The notes below the pieces were generated by a model. It was given only the letters and a program-made list of their open reading frames with translations. It did no database searches and was not told the origin of the DNA. DNA of 64,000 nucleotides from Eledone cirrhosa. Taxonomy: Eukaryota. Below, piece after piece: positions 18,559 to 31,750 of this stretch. Every line of letters begins with the position of its first letter. Position 1 is the first letter of the stretch. A program made the translations under genes and the position numbers. The stretch is taken from contig OZ024741.1 in the NCBI GenBank assembly GCA_964016885.1, forward strand, positions 15,872,001 to 15,936,000. Reading direction: 5' to 3'.

Positions 18559-18908
18559 CGAAAGAGCGAGAGAGAACGAAAGAGAGAAAGAGAAAGAGAG
18601 AGAGAGATAAGGAGCAAGGGAGACCACCGCAACTTCGATTTTACTAACTTCCACTTAATATATAAAATATATATATATATGTATAGAGAGAGGGGGGAGA
18701 GAGGGAGTGTGAGCGGGGGAGAGGTGGAAGAGAGGGGGAGGGGGAGTGAGAGAGAGGGAGAAAGGGAGATAGTATTGGTAGTAAAATAAAAATAGGTGTC
18801 ATATTTTAATGAGTATCAAAAGTGTTTGACAATAAGATGAGTGTTCCATAATAGTGATAGTCACCAATGTGACAGCTGTGGATGTCGTAACAGCTTACTG
18901 TACCTTAC

Positions 18909-19155
18909 ATAGGAGGAAACATGATAATAATACCACTGATGATGTTGCAGATGTGCAACGAAAGAACTTTGATAGACTATATATGTTGATATCTGAATTG
19001 TTGACCGTTGGTCAATCAATGATAAATATTGATTGCCAAATAAATTAACTATGGAGTATAAAAGATGCAGAAGCGAAAACCAACCAAACAGTGAGTGTGT
19101 TCTGTTATTATTTCTGGCAATATTACAACAATATTACCCTCCCCAAGTATAACAA
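18909..19155 (+). repeat. Dispersed repeat (second copy at 38221-38474) containing an HHR-like core at 18931-18975
   Basis: TACCA-CTGATGA-T-GTTGCA(GATG)TGCAAC-GAAA-GAAC-TT-TGATA in both copies. Confidence 0.7.
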
Positions 19156-19938
19156 TATATATATATATATATATACCCTTTCGTTAATTATATAGGTTGT
19201 GCATGGAACCAGAAAATTGGAAGCAGGCTTACATATTCAACTACGTAAGATCCTCGATCCCAGGTGGATGTAAAGGTCAATATATCAGAGAAATAGCAGC
19301 AAACTGGAACATCCACTAAATATAGGTAACTGTTCTATTAATTTTAATAGTTCCCTAACGTGACCACACTTCATTGCTTACAATCAGTAAATGTATGAAA
19401 TATATCTTAACTATAATAAAGTAAGGAGTGCGGGACTGCGTACGGCTTATAATTTTTATCCCATTAGTAAAATAAGTTGGATTACGTTGAATAAATAATG
19501 AATGAATATTACATAATTTATCTACTAAATTTCGTAGCTGTTGGTTAAATATATTTTATTCCTTATTTAAAGATTCATTTCTTTAAAATATTCAAATGTC
19601 AACACTTCCGGTTAGCGATTGCTTAAATAAACATTCATATATTTCCGTCAATAATTTTCTCCTAATGCAGTTTATATATAATATCGTCTTTTTTTAATGT
19701 ATCATGGATTACGTTACTGATTACATAAGAGAGTGTAACGCAGTCTTCGTTCAATTTCTGTGTATATTGTCAATTACGATGTTATTTGAGGTATTATATC
19801 TACGAAGGGTGGTTTTTCTGCTAGCATGTGTAGTGTGCATATTGATATTATACGCAAGTATCGAGCTGGTCGCCAGAGAAACGATTGTAATATGTCCAAT
19901 AAATTCCATTCGTCGCAACACTGATTCTCTTTTTTTCT

Positions 19939-19990
<52 letters not shown>

Positions 19991-20695
19991 AAATATTAAA
20001 ACAATCAAATCTTTGTTTAATACATTTATTTGCTGACAATTGTTTCTTTCATAGGGATGTCTGGATCATCGGAGCATAGGAAATGCTTAAACAGGTGATT
20101 AAAATCCTAGTCTTCAGAACATTTAGGTAGATACATAACTGTTGTCAGTGTCATAGACATCATATAGAAAATCGGGACTTAAAAAAGAATGTTATGCTTC
20201 AGAAAACACAATTACAAGTAGCAATGGTGAAAATTGAAAAATAAGCATATTATGTATAAAAGGTATTGTTTAAGATAATACATGTGCAAAAGGTACAAGC
20301 AAAAGACGGTACAAGCAAAAAAAGGTAAGATAGGATAGATAGAGGATATCATAGCGTTGGAAATCAGGTAATGTTAAGGGTATATAATGCAAGAGTCAAT
20401 ACAATCAATAAGGCATTATGTAGTAAGAGTTATATTACAGCTGAAACAAGCATATTTCATGTAGAATGTAAAAGCATGTTACAAGTGTTAGAAATTTTTT
20501 TTTAAATGTTAAATGCCGTGCTATATGGTGGAGAGATGTGGTGATAAAATGGATATATGTTATGTAAGATGAGATGCAAAGCACGTGATTGAGTTAGATA
20601 GGTAATTTTCATTCAAGAATTTTTATATTGGAGTTCGTATATAGATGTATATGTTGGGTGTAACTCTCGAGTTGTTGAATAAATACTCTACCCTT

Positions 20696-20796
<101 letters not shown>

Positions 20797-20800
20797 ATAT

Positions 20801-21232
20801 TATTCAAAATATTAATAAATGAATACGTTCACATAATCAAAATATATGTTTTATTATATATATTTCGGAGGTACTGTGTTGTTTTTTCACTACGCCCTCA
20901 TCAGATAAATATATTAATTGATGTATGACATACCTCAACTATCTTGATGATTCTATTCTAGTATTGGTAGTCAATACTGGAATTGAACCATCAAGACAGT
21001 TGAGGTATGTCATACATCAATTCATATATTTTATCTGATGAAGGCGTACTGAAAAACAGTACAGTACCTCCGAAATATATATAATAAAACATATATTTTG
21101 ATTATGTGAACGTATTCATTTATTAATATTTTGAATAAAATTACTAACTCCAGAAAACTTCCTTGTAGAGTGCTTTTAATCTATTGTAAAACTATATTCA
21201 TTGAGTAATCAATGAATCATATTAATCTTTGG

Positions 21233-21234
<2 letters not shown>
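20801..21234 (+). mobile_element. Palindromic PLE-terminus insert (arms 20801-21137) with HHR on both strands and a 3' tail
   Basis: Plus HHR 21029-21089: TTTTAT-CTGATGA-AGGCGTACTG..CAGTACCTC-C-GAAA-TATATA-TA-ATAAAA. Mirror copy at ~20849-20909. Flanked by TA/TG repeats. Confidence 0.85.
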
Positions 21235-21281
<47 letters not shown>

Positions 21282-21360
21282 TATATATATAAGAAGCGTA
21301 GAGTATTTATTCAACAACTTATAAAAAGAAAAAATATATATATATATATGTAAAAAGAAA

Positions 21361-21561
21361 AAAATAGATTTCAATTTATCGTGGAACACCATTCTACAAA
21401 GAACTCCATATCTTGGGAACAGGAGGGAATGCAGATTATGTTCAGGGGAGATCTTGGAAATTACTAAATCTAAGGACGATTTATTAAATAAAAGGCAGGA
21501 ACTGATCATAGTTTGTAATCACTGTATACGAAGAACATTTAAATACTATAAACCTAATTAA
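21361..21561 (+). pseudogene. C-terminal remnant of a PLE GIY-YIG endonuclease (not in ORF track)
   Basis: Hand translation KIDFNLSWNTILQRTPYLGNRRECRLCSGEILEITKSKDDLLNKRQELIIVCNHC parallels the W..CxLC..LNxR..CRH tail at 34690-34870. Confidence 0.75.
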
Positions 21562-21957
21562 ATATTCTAAATAGCAACTCACTATAATGCTATATAGAGT
21601 AACATTTATTAGTACCCCTTTTCCCCTAATTATATGCATTCATGCTTATTTTTTACCTTTTAATGTTTTAGCTTCCTTAGGTTAATGCGTTAATGACTAA
21701 AGGCAACAAGGTACACAACCACCCGTAATTGCATGAGTAAATATATATCTATGTATGATATGGAAATATATTTATGTGTGTGTATATATATATTTATGTA
21801 TATGTATATATGTGTATATATATGTATATGTATGTATGTGTGTGTATGTGTGTATATATGTGTTTGTATGTGTATATATGTGAGTATATGTATATGAGTG
21901 TTTATATATGAGTGTGTGTACATGTATGAGGAGTGTACATACACACACATATATATG

Positions 21958-21988
<31 letters not shown>

Positions 21989-22935
21989 GTATATATATAT
22001 ATATGTATATATATATGTATATATGTGGGTATAGGTGTGTACGTGTAGATATTGATATGTATGGATATGTGTGTATATGATTATGTGCATGTGTATTATG
22101 TAAATGTGTATTTAGGTTTGCATCTATTTGTGCGTATGTATATTTTTGGCTGGATATCAATATAACTGTACCTCTCTATATATAGTGTGGATATATGCCC
22201 TTTATAATCTATGAAATTTATGTATTTTAACTATGCCAACATGTATTTATCTGAGTTTGATTATTTATACATAAACATACTTGATAGTATTTTAGAGCGT
22301 ATCATATGCTATATTATACTAAGTGCAATTTACCACACCGTACTATATTGTGTTGGTTATTTTGTATATTATCGCATTACTGTATTTCATTATCTTATTA
22401 TAATTTTCATCTTTTAATATACTATCTTTCCTAGCCATAACTTTAATTTATATTCACCTAAAAACTCAATACAACACTAATCACCATTTATTTTGACATT
22501 CCTTTCAAACTTTACTATACCAGATACATTCAACTATCAGTTTGACAATCCTTTCCTCCTAATAGATTTTTATGCCAATTCTACTATTAACACCATTCAA
22601 CCATTCCTTTCAAAGGGTCATGACCTCAACTAAAGTGTATTACTTTTCATCTTAACACCATATGAAAAAAACAATTTGATTGGTTAGTTCTTCAACTACC
22701 TGCAAATAACGACATAATAGTAACATACTACTAATTCTGAATAAAATTATTATTGCTTTTGAAAACAGCTGGTGATATGCATGTAAGTAAATATTCTCTT
22801 TATCTGATATTTTGTAACTAACCTTACATAGATCAATAACGGAGTATAGCTACAATGTATTATCATCATCTAGAAACGATCGTAGAACAGTGAAGTATAT
22901 CTCTAATGACTTGATTTTATTTCATTGTTTTAACT

Positions 22936-23000
<65 letters not shown>

Positions 23001-23005
23001 ATATG

Positions 23006-23115
<110 letters not shown>

Positions 23116-23124
23116 CAAATGTAG

Positions 23125-23575
23125 AGGTATGGGTGTGTAGTTAAAGAATTTGCTTAAGACATGGTTTCTGGTTCAGAGCAACAGAGCGGCCTATTGGGCC
23201 AATGTATTGACGTTCAATACATTGAAATTTGGTAGACGGAGAGTCTGCTCAATGCCCTAATATATGTGTGTATCTGGTTATATCTGGTTATATCTTGTAA
23301 TCCATCTCTTCTACAAAATGTGATTGATAAAATATGTACAATCCTTCATGGCTGTGCCCTAGCATGGCCCTAGCATGGCCCCAGCATGACTCCAGCATGG
23401 CCCCAGTATGGTCCCAGCATGGCCCTAGCATGGCGCCAGCAAGGCGCCAGCATGACCCTAGCATGGCCCCAGCATGGCTCCACCCTGGCCCTAGTATGGC
23501 CTTAGCATGGCCCGAGTATGGCCCTAGCATGGCCCCAGCATGGCCCTATCATGGCCCCAGCATGGCCGCAGTCTA
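23125..23575 (+). repeat. Decayed SINE-like head followed by an ~11-bp tandem array (CCCCAGCATGG)
   Basis: About 20 units at 23350-23570 ending in ccccagcatggccgcagtc. The same motif occurs at 45052-45068. Confidence 0.7.
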
Positions 23576-23691
23576 CACACACATTTCGAATTGTGCTAGC
23601 CTTCTTAAACATATCATTTTCTATAGAATATACTTTACACAATCCTTGAAGCAAGCTGCAATATTCTAGTATATATGTGTGGTGTGGTGTG

Positions 23692-23742
<51 letters not shown>

Positions 23743-24439
23743 GTGTATGTTGTGTGTGTGTGAGATAGAGTGTGTGTGAGAGAGAGAGAGAGTGTGTGGG
23801 GGTATGTTGTGTGTGTGTGTGAGAGAGAGAGAGTGCTTGTGTATGTGTGGGTGGGGTGTATGTTGTGGCGGGATTGTTGTATTATTACTTACTATTCATT
23901 ACATAGTATAATCGAATTGTTTGTATAGAACTATTAAAACCGTAAAGAATATAGGGTGTAACAGAAAAAGTAACATATGTAATCGATTAATTCGAATAAA
24001 AGTATTCGGCAGTAAAAAAAGACATTTAATTGTTAAAGAGTTAGTTGTGAGTATATCGGCTAACAGAGAATTGGAGAAACATGAAGCAATATGCAGAGGA
24101 TGTCTACTTAATGTGTGGTTACTGGTGGGGTTCACACGAGGATTATCGTTGGTTGGAGCTGAAATTATAGGATACAAAGACTGTTGGAGAAAAACTGACT
24201 ATATTTGTTCATGAATCTGGTGTGACGTTCCTCAATAGAGTGCGTACCTCGGAGATCAGAGAGATCTAGTAATATAACTAACTTTTTTCAATATTCTTCG
24301 TCTTGAGTCATCCCTTCATCGAACATTTTCCTAATGGCTACAATAAACGTGACCCACCACGTCTGTATATATTAAGTTGGTGTTTCTTGCATGAAATTAT
24401 GGTGGAAGTCTGTTTGATAAGCGCCACATGTGCCTTTAA

Positions 24440-24570
24440 ATTTGCAGTACACGTCAGGAAATCCCCACATACGACTCAGCGACCGTATCTCTATCAATGA
24501 GCAACTCAACATTACCAACTTTAACCCAATCAGATCTGTTATCAAGTCAAGAGTACTTAAACTGCTCTTA
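24440..24570 (+). mobile_element. Possible ancient LINE C-terminal remnant
   Basis: HIRLSDRISINEQLNITNFNPIRSVIKSRVLK resembles the IxWxDRISNxE..IxxRxLxW region of RTE/CR1-type ORF2. Confidence 0.35.
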
Positions 24571-24744
24571 TCAAAAGAAAGACACGTTATCCTCAAGTCA
24601 GTGACTTTGTCCAAATGCTTGTAACAGAGTGGATTCAATTAAAGATACCCAACCGAGTAAGAGATGGTGGTGCTAAACCGGATGGTGGTTTAACACTTTC
24701 GTTAATCCGAGGGGGTGCTGAAGAGTTCCTGGTTTTAAGGGGGT

Positions 24745-27700
24745 ATCGTGAAAGGGTAGAGTTGTTACCTTTACAGGGGAGGTAGGACTGTGAAAGTGTA
24801 GAGTTGTTACTATTACAGGAGAGGTAGGACTGTAAAAGGGTAGAGGGGTTGCCATTATAGGGGAGGTAGGACTGTGAAAGAGTAGAGCTATTACCTTTAC
24901 AGGAATAGTAGGACTGTGAAAGAGTAGAGCTGTTACCTTTACAGGGGAGGTAGGACTGTTAAAGAGTAGAGCTGTTACCTTTACAGGGGAGGTAGGACTG
25001 TGAAAGGGCAGAGATGTAACCTTTACAGGGAAGATAGGACTGTGAAAGAGTAGAGATGTTACCTTTACAGGGGAGGTAGGACTGTGAAATGGTAGAGATG
25101 TTACCTTTTCAAGGGAGGTAGGACTGTGAAGGGGTAGAGGTGTTACCTTTATAGGGGAGGTAGGACTGTGAAAGGGTAGAGATGTTACCTTTACAGGAGA
25201 GGTAAGAATGTGAAATGGTAGAGCTGTTACCTTTACTGGGCAGGTAGGACTGTGAGAGGGTAGAGATGTTACCTTTACAGTGGAGGTAGGACTGTGAAAT
25301 GGTAGAGATGTTACCTTTTCAAGGGAGGTAGGACTGTGAAAGGGTAGAGATGTTACCTTTACAGGGGAGGTAGGACTGTGAAATGGTAGAGATGTTACCT
25401 TTTCAAGGGAGGTAGGACTGTGAAGGGGTAGAGGTGTTAACTTTACTGGGCAGGTAGAACTGTGAAAGGGTAGAGATATTACCTTTACAGGGGAGGTAGG
25501 ACTGTGAAAGGGTAGAGATGTTACCTTTACAGGGGAGGTAGGACTGTGGATGGGTAGAGATGTTACCTTTACAAGGGAGGTAGGGCTGTTTAAGGGTAGA
25601 GATGTTACCTTTATAGGGGAGGTAGGACTGTGAAATGGTAGAGCTGTTACCTTTACGGGGGAGGTAGGACTGTGAAAGGGTAGAGCTGTAACTTTTACAT
25701 GGAAGGTAGGACTGTGAAAGGGTAGAGCTGTTACCTTTACAGGGGAGGTAGGACTGTGAAAGGGTGGAGATGTTACCTTTACAGGGGACTAGGACTGTGA
25801 AGGGGTAGAGATGTTAACTTTATAGGGGAGGTAGGACTGTGAAAAGGGTAGAGATGTTACCTTTATAGGGGAGGTAGGACTGTGAAAGGGTGGAGATGTT
25901 ACCTTTACAGGGGAGGTAGGACTGTGAAGGGGTAGAGATGTTCCATTTACAGGGGAGGTAGGACTGTGAAAGGGTATAGATGTTACATTTACAGGGGAGG
26001 TAGGACTGTGAAAGGGTAGAGATGTTACCTTTACAGGGGAGGTGAAATTGTGAAAGGGTAGAGATGTTACCTTTACAGGGGAGGTAGGAATGTGAAAGGG
26101 TATAGATGTTACATTTACAGGGGTGGTAGGACTGTGAAAGGGTAGAGATGTTACCTTTACAGGGGAGGTGAAATTGTGAAAGGGTAGAGATGTTACCTTT
26201 ACAGGGGAGGTAGGAATGTGAAAGGGTAGAGATGTTACCTTTATAGGGGAGGTAGGACTGTGAAAAGGGTAGAGATGTTACCTTTACAGGGGAGGTAGGA
26301 CTGTGAAATGGTAGAGATGTTACCTTTATAGGGGAGGTAGGACTGTGAAAAGGGTAGAGATGTTACATTTACAGGGAAGGTAGGACTGTGAAATGGTAGA
26401 GATGTTACCTTTATAGGGGAGGTAGGACTGTGAAAGGGTAGAGATGTTACCTTTACAGGGGAGGTAGGACTGTGAAAGAGTAGAGATGTTACCTTTATAA
26501 GGGAGGTAGGAGTGTGAAAGGGTAGAGCTATTACTTTTACAGGGGAGGTAGGACTGTGAAAAGGTAGAGATGTTACTTTTATAGGGAGGTAGGACTGTGA
26601 AAGGGTAGAGCTGTTACCTTTACAGGGGAGGTAGGACTGTGAAAGGGTAGAGATGTTACATTTACAGGGGAGGTAGGACTGTGAAAGGGTAGAGATGTTA
26701 CCTTTACAGGGGAGGTAGGACTGTGAAAGGGTAGAGATGTTACCTTTACAGGGGAGGTTGGACTGTGAAAGGGTAGAGATGTTACCTTTATAGGGGAGGT
26801 AGGAATGTGAAAGGGTAGAGATGTTACGTTTACAGGGGAGGTAGGACTGTGAAATGGTAGAGATGTTACCCCTTTCACAGTCCTACCTCCCCTTTGCAGG
26901 GGAGGTAGGACTGTGAAAGTGTAGAGATGTTACCTTTATAAGGGAGGTAGGAGTGTGAAAGGGTAGAGCTGTTACTTTTACAGGGGAGGTAGGACTGTGA
27001 AAGGGTAGAGATGTTACCTTTGCAGGGGAGGTAGGACTGTTAAAGGGTAGAGATGTTACCTTTACAGGGGAGGTAGGACTGTTAAAGGGTAGAGACGTTA
27101 CCTTTACAGGGGAGGTACGAATGTGAAAGGGTAGAGATGTTACCTTTAAAGGGGAGGTAGGACTGTGAAAGGGTAGAGATGTTAACTTTATAGGGGAGGT
27201 AGGACTGTGAAAGGGAAGAGATGTTACCTTTATAGGGGAGGTAGGACTGTGAAGGGGTAGAGATGTTACCTTTACAGGGGAGGTAGGACTGTGAAAGGGT
27301 AGAGATGTTACCTTTACTGGGGAGGTAGGAGTGTGAAATGGTAGAGTTGTTACCTTTATAGGAGAGGTAGGACTGTGAAAGGGTAGAGATGTTACCTTTA
27401 TAGGGGAGGTAGAACTGTGAAAAGGTAGAGATGTTACCTTTATAAGGAGGTAGGACTGTAAAGGGTAGAGATGTTACCTTTAAAGGGGAGGTAGGACTGT
27501 GAAAAGGTAGAGATGTTACCTTTATAGGGAGGTAGGACTGTGATAGGGTAGAGCTGTTATCTTTACAGGGGAGGTAGGACTGTGAATGGGTAGAGATGTT
27601 ACCTTTGCAGGAGAGGTAGGACTGTGAAAGGGTAGAGATGTTACCTTTATAGGGGAGGTAGGACTGTGAAAGGGTAGAGATGTTAACTTTATAGGGGAGG

Positions 27701-29879
27701 TAGGACTGTGAAAGGGAAGAGATGTTACCTTTATAGGGGAGGTAGGACTGTCAAACGGTAGAGATGTTACCTTTACAGGGGAGGTAGGACTGTTAAAGGG
27801 TAGAGATGTTACCTTTACAGGGGAGGTAGGACTGTGAAAGGGTAGAGATGTTACCTTTACTGGGGAGGTAGGACTGTGAAATGGTAGAGTTGTTACCTTT
27901 ATAGGAGAGGTAGGACTGTGAAAGGGTAGATATGTTACCTTTATAGGGGAGGTATAACTGTGAAAGGGTAGAGATGTTACCTTTACAGGGAAGGTAGGAC
28001 TGTGAAAGTGTAGAGATGTTACCTTTACAGGAGAGGTAGGAGTGTGAAAGGGTACAGATGTTACCTTTACAGGGGAGGTAGGACTGTGAAAGAGTTGAGA
28101 TGTTACCTTTATAAGGGAGGTAGGAGCGTGAAAGGGTAGAGATGTTACTTTTACAGAGGAGGTAGGACTGTGGAAGGGTAGAGATGTTACCTTTACAGGG
28201 GAGGTAGGCCTGATATGGTACAGATGTTACCTTTCTAAGGGAGGTAGGAGTGTGAAAGGGTAGAGATGTTACCTTTACAGGGGAGGTAGGACTGTGAAGG
28301 GGTAGAGATGTTACCTTTACAGGGGAGGTAGGACTGTGAAAAGGTAGAGATGTTACCTTTATAGGGGAAGTAAGATTGTGAAAGGGTAGAGATGTTACCT
28401 TTACAGGGGAGGTAGGACTGTGAAAGGGTAGAGATGTTACCTTTACAGGGGAGGTAGGACTGTGAAAAGGTAGAGATGTTACCTTTATAGGGGAAGTAAG
28501 ATTGTGAAAGGGTAGAGATGTTACCTTTACATGGGAGGTAAGACTGTGAACGGGTAGAGATGTTACCTTTACAGGAGAGGTAGGACTGTGAAAGGGTAGA
28601 GATGTTATCTTTATAGGGAGGTAGGACTGTGAAAGGGTAGAGATGTTACCTTTATAGGGGAGGTAGGACTGTGGAAGGGTAGAGATGTTACCTTTACAGG
28701 GGAGGTAGGACTGTGAAAGGGTAGAGATGTTACCTTTATAGGGAGGTAGGACTGTGAAAGGGTAGAGATGTTACCTTTATAAGGGAGGTAGGACTGTTGA
28801 AGGGTAGAGATGTTACCTTTACAGGGGAGGTAGGATGTTTAGGGTAGAGATGTTACCTTTACAGGGGAGGTAAGACTGTGAAAGGGTAGAGCTGTTACTT
28901 TTACAGGAGAGGTAGGACTGTGAAAGGGTAGAGATGTTACCTTTTTAAGGGAGGTAGGAGTGTGAAAGGGTAGAGATGTTACCTTTACAGGGGAGGTAGG
29001 ACTGAAATGGTACAGCTGTTACCTTTCTAAGGGAGGTAGGAGTGTGAAAGGGTAGAGATGTTACCTTTACAGGGGAGGTAGGACTGTGAAAGTGTAGAGA
29101 TGTTACCTTTATAGGGGAGGTAGGACTGTGGAAGGGTAGAGATGTTACCTTTACAGGGGAGGTAGGACTGTGAAAGGGTAGAGATGTTACCTTTATAGGG
29201 AGGTAGGACTGTGAAAGGGTAGAGATGTTACCTTTATAGGGGAGGTAGGACTGTTGAAGGGTAGAGATGTTACCTTTACAGGGGAGGTAGGATGTTTAGG
29301 GTAGAGATGTTACCTTTACAGGGGAGGTAAGACTGTGAAAGGGTAGAGCTGTTACTTTTACAGGAGAGGTAGGACTGTGAAAGGGTAGAGATGTTACCTT
29401 TCTAAGGGAGGTAGGAGTGTGAAAGGGTAGAGATGTTACCTTTACAGGGGAGGTAGGACTGAAATGGTACAGCTGTTACCTTTCTAAGGGAGGTAGGAGT
29501 GTGAAAGGGTAGAGATGTTACCTTTACAGGGGAGGTAGGACTGTGAAAGGATAGAGATGTTACCTTTATAGGGAGGTAGGACTGTGAAAGCGTAGAGATG
29601 TTACCTTTATAGGGGAGGTAGGACTGTGGAAGGGTAGAGATGTTACCTTTACAGGGGAAGTAGGTCTGTTTAAGGGTAGAGATGTTACCTTTACAGGGGA
29701 GGTAGGACCGTGAAAGGGTAGAACTGTTACCTTTATAGGGGAGGTAGGACTGTGAAAAGGTAGAGATGTTACCTTTACAGGGGAGGTAGGACTGTGAAAA
29801 GGTAGAGATGTTACCTTTACAGGCGAGGTAGGACTGTGAAAGGGTAGAGATGTTACCTTTAGAAGGGAGGTAGGACTGC
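24745..29879. repeat. 42-bp G-rich minisatellite/satellite, ~120 units
   Basis: Consensus GGGGAGGTAGGACTGTGAAAGGGTAGAGATGTTACCTTTACA with substitutions and 1-2 bp indels. Confidence 0.97.
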
Positions 29880-30272
29880 TGCAATAAGTGTGAGAATCTT
29901 AGAGGGGAATATGTTGAATAAAATCTTAACTGATCCTCCTGTCTTTTGTTTTACACACAGCCAGGAACGTCTCGGCAGCCCCTCGTATATTACTGGTAAA
30001 ATACAATAGAATTTTCAAATAATTTTACAAAAATTAGGGGTTTGAAAATATTTAGTAAAATAACTAAATTAAGCTGGCGTTTGGAGCATAAATTATAAAA
30101 GATTCTTGCATAAAATTATGATGGGAGGTTTTTAGATCATGTATGTATGTATGTATGTATGTATGTATGTTTGTATGCATACTTGTCTATCTGTCTGTCT
30201 GTATGTATTTATGTTTGTGTATGTATGTCTGCATGCATACATGCATGTATATATGTTTGTATGTATATATTT

Positions 30273-30322
<50 letters not shown>

Positions 30323-30669
30323 TTGTGTGTATGTATATATATATATGTATATATGTATATATGTATGTATGTATATATATACGTTGACTGTTTAATTTAG
30401 TTACTAAGAAATGTTCGACTGGTGTGGATGATGGGGGGTGAGGGTGTTGGTTGTGGTGGGGAATGTGGGAGGTGATGTCGGATCGTGTGGGAGGGTGTTG
30501 GATGTGGGGGGGGAGTATTGGATGGTGTGGGGGAGTGTTCGGGTGCGGGGGGGTATTGGATGGGGGGGAGTGTTCGGGTGGAGAAATATGTAATGAACAG
30601 TTATTGATAGTCAGCGATCTGTAACATCACATCTTACTCACTATTGCCTGGATTACACGTCCTCCACAG

Positions 30670-31010
30670 CCCCCTACTACCACCAACACTAATACCCTCC
30701 CCTCTACTACCACCACCACTACTACTACCACCACCACTACCACCACCTCCACCACCGCCACTACTACCATCATCTCTACTACCACCACCACCACTACTAC
30801 CACCACCTCCACCACGCCACTACTACCACCACCACCACCACTACTACCACCACCACTACCACCACTATCACCATCAACACCACCACTATCACCACCACCA
30901 ACACCACCACCAACACCACCACCATCACCACCACCACTACTACCACCACCACCAACACAACTACCACCATAATAGCACCATCACTACTACCACTACCACA
31001 CTCGCTACTA
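30670..31010. repeat. (CAC/TAC)n trinucleotide low-complexity tract
   Basis: Directly visible. Source of the poly-P/H ORF. Confidence 0.9.
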
Positions 31011-31059
31011 CAACTTCAGTGATATATTCATCATATTATATTTCTAATATATTTATATA

Positions 31060-31750
31060 TAATATAATATAATATAACATAATATAATATAACATAATAT
31101 AATTGTTTCTATTTTAGGCACAAGGCCAGCAATTAACCAGTACATTACTGGTACTTTATTTTATCGAATCCGTAAGGATGAAAGGCAAAATTAACCTTGG
31201 CAGGATTTGAACTCAGACTGTAAAGGGACGTAACTATGCTAGAAAGCATGGCGTCCAACCCTCTACCGATACTGCCAATCCACCATAATATAATATAATA
31301 TAATATAATATAATATAATATAATATATTATAATATAATATAATATAATTGTTTCTACTTTTTGGCACAAGGCCAGCAATTACCCAGTATATTACTGGTA
31401 CTTTATTTTATCGACCTCGTAAGGATGAAAGGCAAAGTTAACCTCGGCGGGATTTGAACTCAGATCGTAAAGGGACGTAACTATGCTAGAAAGCATGTCT
31501 GACCCTCTACCGATACTGCCAATTCACCTATAATATAATATAATATAATATAATATAATATAATATAATATAATATAATATAATATAATATAATATAATA
31601 TAATATAATATAATATAATATAATATAATATAATATAATATAATATAATATAATATAATATAATATAATATAATATAATATAATATAATATAATATAATA
31701 TAATATAATATAATATAATGTGATATAATATAATATGATATATAATATAA
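31060..31750 (-). mobile_element. Two family A SINEs in tandem (31102-31285, 31349-31529) within an (ATATA)n tract
   Basis: Both match the reverse complement of 35186-35369 and are separated and flanked by taata repeats. Confidence 0.85.

Noticed and set aside
24745-29879. CRISPR array or RNA Pol II CTD-like (SPTSP) gene
   Set aside because: Contiguous units without unique spacers, no YSPTSPS heptads, frequent frameshifts and a eukaryotic context.
30644-31072. Pro/His-rich protein
   Set aside because: Trinucleotide low-complexity tract with no splice or domain support.
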